Shown: positions 15,001 through 25,047, counted from the first letter of the stretch. The stretch is DNA of 31,682 nt from Eledone cirrhosa (GCA_964016885.1 CAXHJY010001170.1:1-31682), one strand, 5' to 3'. Notes: generated by a model from the letters alone, not told the origin. Numbers and translations are program-made.

Positions 15001-18000
15001 GTGTACAGTACGAGAGAGTGAGAGAGTGTACAGTACGCGAGAGTGTACAGTACGAGAGAGTGAGAGAGTGTACAGTACGCGAGAGTGTACAGTACGAGAG
15101 AGTGAAAGAGTGTACAGTACGAGAGAGTGAAAGAGTGTACAGTACGAGAGAGTGAAAGAGTGTACAGTACGAGAGAGTGAAAGAGTGTACAGTACGAGAG
15201 AGTGAAAGAGTGTACAGTACGAGAGAGTGAAAGAGTGTACAGTACGAGAGAGTGAGAGAGTGTACAGTACGAGAGAGTGAAAGAGTGTACAGTACGAGAG
15301 AGTGAAAGAGTGTACAGTACGAGAGAGTGAAAGAGTGTACAGTACGAGAGAGTGAAAGAGTGTACAGTACGAGAGAGTGAAAGAGTGTACAGTACGAGAG
15401 AGTGAAAGAGTGTACAGTACGAGAGAGTGAAAGAGTGTACAGTACGAGAGAGTGAGAGAGTGTACAGTACGAGAGAGTGAGAGAGTGTACAGTACGAGAG
15501 AGTGAGAGAGTGTACAGTATGAGAGAGTGAAAGAGTGTACAGTACGAGAGAGTGAAAGAGTGTACAGTACGAGAGAGTGAGAGAGTGTACAGTACGAGAG
15601 AGTGAAAGAGTGTACAGTACGAGAGAGTGAAAGAGTGTACAGTACGAGAGAGTGAAAGAGTGTACAGTACGAGAGAGTGAAAGAGTGTACAGTACGAGAG
15701 AGTGAGAGAGTGTACAGTACGAGAGAGTGAGAGAGTGTACAGTACGAGAGAGTGAGAGAGTGTACAGTACGCGAGAGTGTACAGTACGAGAGAGTGAGAG
15801 AGTGTACAGTACGCGAGAGTGTACAGTACGAGAGAGTGAAAGAGTGTACAGTACGAGAGAGTGAAAGAGTGTACAGTACGAGAGAGTGAGAGAGTGTACA
15901 GTACGAGAGAGTGAAAGAGTGTACAGTACGAGAGAGTGAAAGAGTGTACAGTACGAGAGAGTGAGAGAGTGTACAGTACGAGAGAGTGAAAGAGTGTACA
16001 GTACGAGAGAGTGAAAGAGTGTAAAGTACGAGAGAGTGAAAGAGTGTACAGTGCGAGAGAGTGAAAGAGTGTACAGTACGAGAGAGTGAAAGAGTGTACA
16101 GTACGAGAGAGTGAAAGAGTGTACAGTACGAGAGAGTGAAAGAGTGTACAGTACGAGAGAGTGTACAGTACGCGAGAGTGAGAGAGTGTACAGTACGAGA
16201 GAGTGTACAGTACGCGAGAGTGAGAGAGTGTACAGTACGAGAGAGTGAAAGAATGTACAGTACGAGAGAGTGAAAGAGTGTACAGTACGAGAGAGTGAAA
16301 GAGTGTACAGTACGAGAGAGTGAAAGAGTGTACAGTACGAGAGAGTGAAAGAGTGTACAGTACGAGAGAGTGAAAGAGTGTACAGTACGAGAGAGTGAAA
16401 GAGTGTACAGTACGAGAGAGTGAGAGAGTGTACAGTACGAGAGAGTGAAAGAATGTACAGTACGAGAGAGTGAAAGAGTGTACAGTACGAGAGAGTGAGA
16501 GAGTGTACATTACGAGAGAGTGAAAGAGTGTACATTACGAGAGAGTGAAAGAGTGTACAGTACGAGAGAGTGAGAGAGTGTACAGTACGAGAGAGTGAAA
16601 GAGTGTACAGTACGAGAGAGTGAAAGAGTGTACAGTACGAGAGAGTGAAAGAGTGTACAGTACGAGAGAGTGAAAGAGTGTACAGTACGAGAGAGTGAAA
16701 GAGTGTACAGTACGAGAGAGTGAAAGAGTGTACAATACGAGAGAGTGTACAGTACGAGAGAGTGAAAGAGTGTACAGTACGAGAGAGTGAGAGAGTGTAC
16801 AGTACGAGAGAGTGAAAGAGTGTACAGTACGAGAGAGTGAAAGAGTGTACAGTATGAGAGAGTGTACAGTACGAGAGAGTGAGAGAGTGTACAGTACGAG
16901 AGAGTGAAAGAGTGTACAGTACGAGAGAGTGAAAGAGTGTACAGTACGAGAGAGTGAAAGAGTGTACAGTACGAGAGAGTGAAAGAGTGTACAGTACGAG
17001 AGAGTGAAAGAGTGTACAGTACGAGAGAGTGAGAGAGTGTACAGTACGAGAGAGTGAAAGAGTGTACAGTACGAGAGAGTGAAAGAGTGTACAGTGCGAG
17101 AGAGTGAGAGAGTGTACAGTGCGAGAGAGTGAGAGAGTGTACAGTGCGAGAGAGTGAAAGAGTGTACAGTGCGAGAGAGTGAAAGAGTGTACAGTGCGGG
17201 AGAGTGAGAGAGTTTACAGTGCGGGAGAGTGAGAGAGTGTACAGTGCGAGAGAGTGAGAGAGTGTACAGTGCGAGAGAGTGAGAGAGTGTACAGTACGAT
17301 AGAGTGAAAGAGTGTACAGTACGAGAGAGTGAAAGAGTGTACAGTACGAGAGAGTGAAAGAGTGTACAGTACGAGAGAGTGAAAGAGTGTACAGAGTGAG
17401 AGAGTGAAAGAGTGTACAGAGTGAGAGAGTGTAAGTACGAGAGAGTGAAAGAGTGTAGAGTACGAGAGAGTGAAAGAGTGTACAGTGTGAGAGAATGTAG
17501 AGTACGAGAGAGTGAAAGAGTGTATAGTACGAGAGAGTGAGAGAGTGTACAGTACGAGGGAGTGAAAGAGTGTACAGTACGAGAGAGTGAAAGAGTGTAC
17601 AGTACGAGAGAGTGAAAGAGTGTACAGTACGAGAGAGTGTACAGTACGCGAGAGTGAGAGAGTGTACAGTACGAGAGAGTGAAAGAATGTACAGTACGAG
17701 AGAGTGAAAGAGTGTACAGTACGAGAGAGTGACAGTGTACAGTACCAGAGAGTGACAGTGTACAGTACGAGAGAGTGAAAGAGTGTACAGTACGAGAGAG
17801 TGAAAGAGTGTACAGTACGAGAGAGTGAAAGAGTGTACAGTACGAGAGAGTGAAAGAGTGTACAGTACGAGAGAGTGAAAGAATGTACAGTACGAGAGAG
17901 TGAAAGAGTGTACAGTACGAGAGAGTGAGAGAGTGTACAGTACGAGAGAGTGAAAGAGTGTACAGTACGAGAGAGTGAAAGAGTGTACAGTACGAGAGAG

Positions 18001-19983
18001 TGAAAGAGTGTACAGTACGAGAGAGTGAGAGAGTGTACAGTACGAGAGAGTGAGAGAGTGTACAGTACGAGAGAGTGAAAGAGTGTACAGTACGAGAGAG
18101 TGAAAGAGTGTACAGTACGAGAGAGTGTACAGTACGAGAGAGTGAAAGAGTGTACAATACGAGAGAGTGAAAGAGTGTACAGTACGAGAGAGTGAAAGAG
18201 TGTACAGTACGAGAGAGTAAGAGAGTGTACAGTACGAGAGAGTGAAAGAGTGTACAGTACGAGAGAGTGAAAGAGTGTACAGTATGAGAGAGTGTACAGT
18301 ACGAGAGAGTGAGAGAGTGTACAGTACGAGAGAGTGAGAGAGTGTACAGTACGAGAGAGTGAAAGAGTGTACAGTACGAGAGAGTGAAAGAGTGTACAGT
18401 ACGAGAGAGTGAAAGAGTGTACAGTACGAGAGAGTGAAAGAGTGTACAGTACGAGAGAGTGAAAGAGTGTACAGTACGAGAGAGTGAGAGAGTGTACAGT
18501 ACGAGAGAGTGAAAGAGTGTACAGTACGAGAGAGTGAAAGAGTGTACAGTACGAGAGAGTGAAAGAGTGTACAGTGCGAGAGAGTGAGAGAGTGTACAGT
18601 GCGGGAGAGTGAGAGAGTGTACAGTGCGGGAGAGTGAGAGAGTGTACAGTACGAGAGAGTGAGAGAGTGTACAGTACGAGAGAGTGAGAGAGTGTACAGT
18701 ACGAGAGAGTGAAAGAGTGTACAGTACGAGAGAGTGAGAGAGTGTACAGTGCGAGAGAGTGAAAGAGTGTACAGTGCGAGAGAGTGAAAGAGTGTACAGT
18801 GCGAGAGAGTGAGAGAGTGTACAGTGCGGGAGAGTGAGAGAGTGTACAGTGCGGGAGAGTGAGAGAGTGTACAGTACGAGAGAGTGAGAGAGTGTACAGT
18901 ACGAGAGAGTGAAAGAGTGTACAGTGCGAGAGAGTGAAAGAGTGTACAGTGCGAGAGAGTGAAAGAGTGTACAGTGCGGGAGAGTGAGAGAGTGTACAGT
19001 GCGGGAGAGTGAGAGAGTGTACAGTGCGGGAGAGTGAGAGAGTGTACAGTGCGAGAGAGTGAGAGAGTGTACAGTACGAGAGAGTGAAAGAGTGTACAGT
19101 GTGAGAGAGTGAGAGAGTGTACAGTGCGAGAGAGTGAGAGAGTGTACAGTGCGGGAGAGTGAGAGAGTGTACAGTGCGGGAGAGTGAGAGAGTGTACAGT
19201 ACGAGAGAGTGAGAGAGTGTACAGTACGAGAGAGTGAAAGAGTGTACAGTACGAGAGAGTGAAAGAGTGTACAGTACGAGAGAGTGAGAGAGTGTACAGT
19301 GCGAGAGAGTGAAAAAGTGTACAGTGCGAGAGAGTGAAAGAGTGTACAGTGCGAGAGAGTGAGAGAGTGTACAGTACGAGAGAGTGAGAGAGTGTACAGT
19401 ACGAGAGAGTGAGAGAGTGTACAGTGCGAGAGAGTGAAAGAGTGTACAGTGCGAGAGAGTGAGAGAGTGTACAGTGCGGGAGAGTGAGAGAGTGTACAGT
19501 GCGGGAGAGTGAGAGAGTGTACAGTACGAGAGAGTGAGAGAGTGTACAGTACGAGAGAGTGAAAGAGTGTACAGTACGAGAGAGTGAAAGAGTGTACAGT
19601 GCGAGAGAGTGAGAGAGTGTACAGTGCGGGAGAGTGAGAGAGTGTACAGTGCGAGAGAGTGAGAGAGTGTACAGTACGAGAGAGTGAAAGAGTGTACAGT
19701 ACGAGAGAGTGAAAGAGTGTACAGTACGAGAGAGTGAGAGAGTGTACAGTGCGAGAGAGTGAAAGAGTGTACAGTGCGAGAGAGTGAAAGAGTGTACAGT
19801 GCGAGAGAGTGAGAGAGTGTACAGTGCGGGAGAGTGAGAGAGTGTACAGTGCGGGAGAGTGAGAGAGTGTACAGTACGAGAGAGTGAGAGAGTGTAGAGT
19901 ACGAGAGAGTGAAAGAGTGTAGAGTACGAGAGAGTGAAAGAGTGTACAGTGTGAGAGAATGTAGAGTACGAGAGAGTGAGAGA
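1..19983. repeat. 25-bp tandem satellite, consensus ACAGTACGAGAGAGTGA(A/G)AGAGTGT, about 800 units, open at the left edge of the window
   Basis: Continuous 25-bp periodicity read directly. Shorter 17-bp (ACAGTACG(A/C)GAGAGTGT) and 23-bp units and point variants (GTGCG, GCGGG, GAATG, CATT, CAAT, GTAGA) recur. The array ends abruptly at about 19983. Confidence 0.99.
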
Positions 19984-20104
19984 TTGAACAAGTGTCTGTC
20001 TCTTTCAATGAGAGAGTATGATGAAACGAATGAGGAGAAATGGAGCTGAAAGAGGACGGAAGAGGGAAGGAACCCCTTTTTACCATTAGAATATATTTAT
20101 CAGA

Positions 20105-20196
20105 AATGAAACTAAAACAATATGGAAGACAGTAATGGAACTAAAACAATATGGAAGAGAGTAATGAAACTAAAACAATATGGAAGACAGTAATGA
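20105..20196. repeat. 29-bp minisatellite x3 (AATGAAACTAAAACAATATGGAAGACAGT)
   Basis: Copies start at 20105, 20134 and 20163; the middle copy has 2 substitutions. Confidence 0.95.
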
Positions 20197-20345
20197 TGAT
20201 TGCGATAAAAGCAATAATAATGTAAAGTAACAACAACAACAAATAAGTGAAGACAAATGAGGAAGGACGATGGCAGAAACGATATAGTTGGCATCCATGA
20301 CAGTTGAACAGAGTGGCATTGTTAGTGAAACAACTGTACTGTGTA

Positions 20346-21260
20346 TGGTGGGGGTGATGGTGGTGGTGGTGGTGGTGGTGATGGTGGGGGTGATGGTGGT
20401 GGTGATGGTGGGGGTGATGGTGGTGGTGATGGTGGTGGTGATGGTAATGATTATGATGATAATAGTGATAATGGTGGTGATGGTGGTGGTGGTGGTGGTG
20501 ATGGTGATGGTGGGGGTGATGGTGGTGGTGATGGTGGGGGTGATGGTGGTGGTGATGGTGGGGGTGATGGTAATGATTATGATGATAATAGTGATAATGG
20601 TGGTGATGGTGGTGGTGGTGGTGGTGATGGTGATGGTGGGGGTGGTGGTGATGGTGGGGGTGATGGTGGTGGTGATGGTGGTGGTGATGGTAATGATTAT
20701 GATGATAATAGTGATAATGGTGGTGATGATGGTGGTGGTGGTGGTGGTGATGGTGATGGTGGTGGTGATGGTGGTGGTGATGGTGGGGGTGATGGTGGTG
20801 GTGATGGTGGTGGTGATGGTAATGATTATGATAATAGTGATAATGGTGGTGATGGTGGTGGTGGTGGTGGTGGTGATGGTGATGGTGGTGGTGATGGTGG
20901 TGGTGGTGGTGGTGATGGTGATGGTGGGGGTGATGGTGGTGGTGATGGTGGGGGTGATGGTGGTGGTGATGGTGGTGGTGATGGTAATGATTATGATGAT
21001 AATAGTGATAATGGTGGTGATGGTGATGGTGGTGGTGATGGTGGGGGTGGGGTGGGGGTGATGGTGGTGGTGGTGGTGGTGATGATGATGACGATGATGG
21101 GGCGGAGGACTAAGGGTGGTTGAATTTGAGTATGTTGGTGACGAATATGGTTGTAGGAATGATAAAGATGATGATGATGACAGGAACGTTAATAACAACG
21201 ATGATGATGATGATGGTGATGGCTACCATGTCCACGATGATCGTGATGATGCCAATGATA
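20346..21260. repeat. Compound (GGT/GAT)n trinucleotide array with a recurring cassette, decaying into (GAT)n
   Basis: GGT/GAT/GGG triplets; cassette GGTAATGATTATGAT(GAT)AATAGTGATAAT at 20443, 20569, 20689, 20818 and 20983. Confidence 0.95.
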
Positions 21261-21438
21261 ATAATGTTTCTAATCATGTTGATTGATGTTATTTCTTTAA
21301 TATATCGATATATCATCAATATATCTTACATATCAGCGATATATGACAATATAGCTTCAATATTAATTCAACATATTATCAATGTTTTCGATATATCGAT
21401 ATATCATCAAACAACTATCAATATATATATATATATAT

Positions 21439-21594
21439 GTAGGAGGTGAGTTTTATTGTAGTACAATAAAGCAATGCAGATATCGGATAAGTAGCACTCT
21501 ACAGTTTGTAGGACTGGAGTATAAATAATATATAAGATCAAAAGATGGTTAATACATGGAACTCTTTTAACCATCTTTTGATCTTATATATTAT
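21439..21594 (-). mobile_element. Fold-back island 1: perfect 28-bp inverted repeat with left unpaired tail, between (TA)n tracts
   Basis: Arms 21525-21552 and 21567-21594 (ATAATATATAAGATCAAAAGATGGTTAA and its reverse complement), 14-nt loop. Extra 9-bp hairpin at 21452-21470. The inverted repeat is seen directly; mobile-element status and strand are inferred. Confidence 0.6.
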
Positions 21595-21610
21595 ATATAT
21601 ATATATATAT

Positions 21611-22201
21611 AAACAATATGAAAACATGGCGTGCTGCGTGGTTGCAAATGGGTTACATATGAATAAATTTAGTCCTTCATCAGTGGTCTTCCAACCTTCA
21701 TTGGTCTTTCATCGCTTTAAAGATCATATACCTCTGGTTGTTGCGAGCAACGGCTAAAGAAAGTCGTTGGGACACGTAAATAGGGAGAACGAGCGAGACA
21801 GTAAACAAACAAAGATAGTAATGCAATGAAAAGTGAGGAAGAAGGAGTCAAGTCCCTGAAATCGATGAACATAAGTTCTGTGAAATCGTGGACGAGGGAG
21901 AATAAAGACCATCCAACCTGGGCAAAATTCTTTCCTTGCTCACATTTCGACCAGGTTGGAACGTCTTTATTCTCTCTCGTCCACGATTTCACAGAACTTA
22001 TGTTCATCGATTTCAGGGATTTGACTCCTTCTTCCTCACTTTTCGTTTCATTACTATCTTTGTTTGTTTACTGTCTCGCTCGTTCCCCCTATTTACGTGT
22101 CCCAACGACTTTCTTTAGCCGTTGCTCGCACCAACCAGATGTATATGATCTTTAAAGCGATGAAATACAAATGAAGGTTGGAAGACCACTGATGAAGGAC
22201 T

Positions 22202-22206
<5 letters not shown>
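21611..22206 (-). mobile_element. Fold-back island 2: 263-bp inverted repeat with 55-bp left tail; putative inverted Penelope-like pseudo-LTR pair (family A)
   Basis: Arms 21666-21928 and 21944-22206, ungapped, about 13 mismatches by manual count (about 95%), 15-nt loop, (TA)n on both sides. The tail and arm start are homologous to 23727-23834 and 24921-25047. Confidence 0.7.
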
Positions 22207-22263
<57 letters not shown>

Positions 22264-22264
<1 letters not shown>

Positions 22265-22289
22265 CTATCGAAACGGCCAGAGCGCCGTA
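22264..22289 (+). ncRNA. Hammerhead ribozyme 3' half (GAAA, stem III, GUA) isolated within (TA)n
   Basis: GAAACGGC-CAGAGC-GCCGTA gives a 5-bp ACGGC/GCCGT stem, the same stem as at 24442-24464. No CTGANGA is present, so it is incomplete. Confidence 0.5.
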
Positions 22290-22300
22290 TATATTTATAT

Positions 22301-22529
22301 AAGGAGGAAGTTGTAGTTCACTTGAAGCATTGCGTAATGAGGTATAAACGTTTGGAGTTGGAAGGCCAAGACAATGCAGGTATGGATATAGAATATATAT
22401 ATTTTACCTTAAATTTATTTGAATAAATTTAAGGTAAAAGAATAATTGTCAACAATATCTTTTGCATTTGTATTTATATTCTATATCCATACCTGCATTG
22501 TCTTGGCCTTCCAACTCCAAACGTTTATA
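22301..22529 (-). mobile_element. Fold-back island 3: perfect 55-bp inverted repeat with a nested 18-bp palindrome and left tail
   Basis: Arms 22343-22397 and 22475-22529 are exact reverse complements. Inner arms 22402-22419 and 22422-22439 are exact. The right arm runs into (TA)n. Confidence 0.6.
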
Positions 22530-22569
22530 TATATATATATAACTATATATATATATATATATATATATA

Positions 22570-22700
22570 GTTCATGGAAACAACAAACAGAGGTACAAAA
22601 AGTCTTATTAGTTTCACGCTTTATATGGAAAAAGGGTAAAGAAAGTTCGACGTGTTGGGCTTTAGCCCTTCTGTAGGAGTACACAAATAGAGACAGGGAT
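22570..22700 (-). mobile_element. Putative Penelope-like pseudo-LTR 3' end with a decayed minimal hammerhead (family B)
   Basis: Minus strand CCTACAGAA-GGGC-TAAA-GCCC-AACACGTC resembles CTGANGAA-stem II-GAAACGTC with about 5 core changes. Downstream GCGTGAAACTAATAA...TGTAC...CTCTGTTT is shared with 26564-26645 and ends in (TA)n. Confidence 0.45.
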
Positions 22701-22716
22701 CACAAAGGATATATAC

Positions 22717-22720
<4 letters not shown>

Positions 22721-22756
<36 letters not shown>
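22721..22756. repeat. (GA)n microsatellite
   Basis: Pure dinucleotide run. Confidence 0.95.
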
Positions 22757-22759
<3 letters not shown>

Positions 22760-23409
22760 GGTTGTATGGTCAAGAAGTTTTGCTTTGCAACAACAGAGTT
22801 TTTTAAGGCTAAATCGTGCGTCTTGTTAACGTGTTACTCCAGTAAAACTCTATACCTTCACACACACACACGTAATTACATACACACACACACACACACA
22901 CACATAAATGCATACATTCAAGCATACATAATTACATACTTACATCATCAGACCTCTGGCATTTGTGTCTGTATGTGTAAATTAGTTTTATGTAATACCC
23001 CATCGGCATTATTATTCATTTTAATACGGCTTCTATGTATTCTGTTTATTAAAAAAAAAAAATCCTTTTTAACAAACAATAAACAACAATCAAACAACCA
23101 AGCTGCCTGAGAACAGAATGTGGTGTCAACGATCGTAAATTGTGTCAAGGTATCAGATGAAATAGAAGTCACAGGGTTTCGCTATAAAGAATCACAAAAG
23201 CCAAACATGATATTAATATTTGAAATAAATATTAAATGACATAAATGAATAAATAAATATTTAAAGCAATAAACAAAAATTATTATACAAATACAGAAAT
23301 AATATAAAAATTAAAGCTGAGCCAATGAATAGAAATATTTACTTTGTGATACAGACTTGCTGGAACCACAGCTAGAAATTCCCCTGGTATCAAAACCTAG
23401 AAATTAATA

Positions 23410-23556
23410 ATGGGTTTTGATTCAGTCCCAAGGCCAATAATTTTGTGGGTTGCGGAAAGTCGATTAAATCAACCCGGGGTATTTTATTTGTACTTTCATC
23501 TGTAAAGATGAAAGGTAAAGCTAACCTGGGTGGTATTTAAACTAAGAACGTAAAAA
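23410..23556 (-). mobile_element. Degenerate tRNA-derived SINE (Octopus-like family)
   Basis: Reverse complement matches the 30945-31296 SINEs: GTTTAAATACCACCCAGGTTAGCTTTACCTTTCATC...GATTTAATCGAC...TGGCCTTG. Confidence 0.75.
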
Positions 23557-23577
23557 AGCAATTTGTATTAATGCTTA

Positions 23578-23688
23578 TATCTAATTCAGGCTACAAGGCC
23601 ATCAATTTATGGTGAGTAGAAGGTCGATTTTATCAACCCCAGTACTTTACTGGTACGTTGGTTTATCGACCTCAACATTAGGAAAGGC

Positions 23689-23693
<5 letters not shown>
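23578..23693 (-). mobile_element. 5'-truncated SINE of the same family, ending at (TA)n
   Basis: Reverse complement TTTGCCTTTCC...GGTCGATAAA...GTACCAGTAAAGTACTGGGGTTGATAAAATCGAC...TGGCCTTGT. Confidence 0.75.
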
Positions 23694-23726
<33 letters not shown>

Positions 23727-23733
<7 letters not shown>

Positions 23734-23832
23734 GAGAAGAAAGAAGAATACTGCGTGGTTGCACATGGGTTACATATGATAAAAATAGTCCTTCGTCAGT
23801 GATTTGCCAACCATCATTGATATTTTATCGCA

Positions 23833-23834
<2 letters not shown>
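23727..23834 (-). mobile_element. Family A solo fragment between two (TA)n tracts
   Basis: CTGCGTGGTTGCACATGGGTTACATATGA...TAGTCCTTCGTCAGTG aligns to 21635-21718. Confidence 0.75.
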
Positions 23835-23857
<23 letters not shown>

Positions 23858-23866
<9 letters not shown>

Positions 23867-23992
23867 GTAAGGTTGCAATTAAATGTGCCCGCAGGTTCGA
23901 TCTGTAACAGATTCTGCCTTGAGCTGATCTTCGGAGAAACATATGTAATATGTTAAGAATTGTGTTTTGATGCATTACTGATTCCTCGTTAC

Positions 23993-23998
<6 letters not shown>
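23858..23998 (+). other. Island between (TA)n tracts containing a hammerhead-like GAAAC-ATAT-GTA half motif
   Basis: Motif at 23936-23947, preceded by a weak CTGA/TCGG hairpin; the 5' core (CTGCCTTGA) is non-canonical. Confidence 0.3.
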
Positions 23999-24042
<44 letters not shown>

Positions 24043-24176
24043 TATAACTTTTGATGTATTAAAGGCTTCTTTGTTTTACTCTCTTAATTTTTCGGCTCTG
24101 TTTAACTGCATTGAGCTATACCTTTTACTGTCATTTCTATAATACGAAGAGGGTGTTTAACTCCAACACGCTCCAG

Positions 24177-24221
24177 TATTTTAATCCTTATTTTAATCCT
24201 TATTTTAATCCTTATTTTAAT
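24177..24221. repeat. 12-bp tandem repeat (TATTTTAATCCT) x3.7
   Basis: Read directly. Confidence 0.9.
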
Positions 24222-24222
24222 T

Positions 24223-24261
<39 letters not shown>

Positions 24262-24278
24262 AAAGAATATATATATAT

Positions 24279-24484
24279 AACGAAGGAAATGTGGTAAGGA
24301 ACCAGGTGGACCATAACGCACCAAAGTACTATATACTTAGGGTAGTAGAGTGGGTAATAGGAACGAGTAGGACCCCGACTGTTGAGCTCAAGCAGTTTCG
24401 ACGGCTAATTCTGGACTAAATTTAATCCAGAATTAGCCGTCGAAACGGCTTGAGCTCTGCCGTCGGGGTCCTACTCGTTCCTAT
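24279..24484 (-). mobile_element. Fold-back island 4: loopless 128-bp palindrome with hammerhead 3' halves on both strands, plus left tail
   Basis: Arms 24357-24420 and 24421-24484, 5 mismatches. GAAACGGC..GCCGTC on + (24442-24464) and GAAACTG..CAGTC on - (24399-24377). Confidence 0.65.
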
Positions 24485-24877
24485 ATATATATATAGAGAG
24501 AAATATATATATATTGAGAAACTTATTGACAAGGAATGGTATGCCATCCGGAACCTGTTTATAGAATTCTGTCTGCCCTTGTTACTCTAAAAACATAAAT
24601 AAATAAAAATAAACTATAGCTTTGTAGAATTAGCTTTTAATGAATTCCCTTTTCTATCAACCAATGACCTGCACCCATCCCACTCCCCACCCTCTCCTAC
24701 CACTTGTAGAGACCTATAAATACCATATTTATTTTTTGATACCCAGATTCCTGATGATTTCTAATGAATGAAACAGTTCTAGTCCTGTAGAATCTCATCT
24801 ATATTAAAACTTTTATACTCTGCTATGTATTGAGTACCTTACTTACTGTGGTTACCTCCGATTCAACCCGGAATAAC

Positions 24878-24920
<43 letters not shown>

Positions 24921-24922
<2 letters not shown>

Positions 24923-25043
24923 GAAAAATGGCGTGCTGCGTTGTTGCACATGGGATACATATGAATTAAATGCGAAGAAGTACCAATCACGGCTGGAAGA
25001 TCATTGATGACGGATGCCCTGTCTTCTCGCTTTAATTTTATTC

Positions 25044-25047
<4 letters not shown>
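24921..25047 (-). mobile_element. Family A fragment with internal inversion (small fold-back island 5)
   Basis: 24921-24966 matches 21618-21664 directly. 24967-25014 matches the reverse complement of 21673-21720. 25022-25047 pairs imperfectly with 24959-24980. (TA)n on both sides. Confidence 0.7.

Noticed and set aside
1-19983. CRISPR array, telomeric repeat or coded information in variant order
   Set aside because: There are no unique spacers or cas genes, it is not TTAGGG-like, and variant order is explained by block duplication.
1090-20086. Very long minus-strand ORFs (up to 2617 aa)
   Set aside because: The 25-mer has no stop codon on that strand, so all three frames give the same 25-aa repeat. 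Starts and stops coincide with rare satellite variants.
20170-21449. Thr/Ile-, Val/Met- and Gly/Asp-rich ORFs
   Set aside because: Overlapping open frames on both strands are expected from a triplet repeat; no domain or splice evidence.
21545-22155. Mirror ORFs in the large hairpin and HRFKDHI as a GIY-YIG RxKEH motif
   Set aside because: The ORF similarity simply reflects the inverted repeat, and there is no GIY/YIG motif upstream.
22155-22206. Complete (type II) hammerhead around CTGATGA at 22189
   Set aside because: Stems I and III with a UH triplet could not be formed, and no GAAA follows a stem II.
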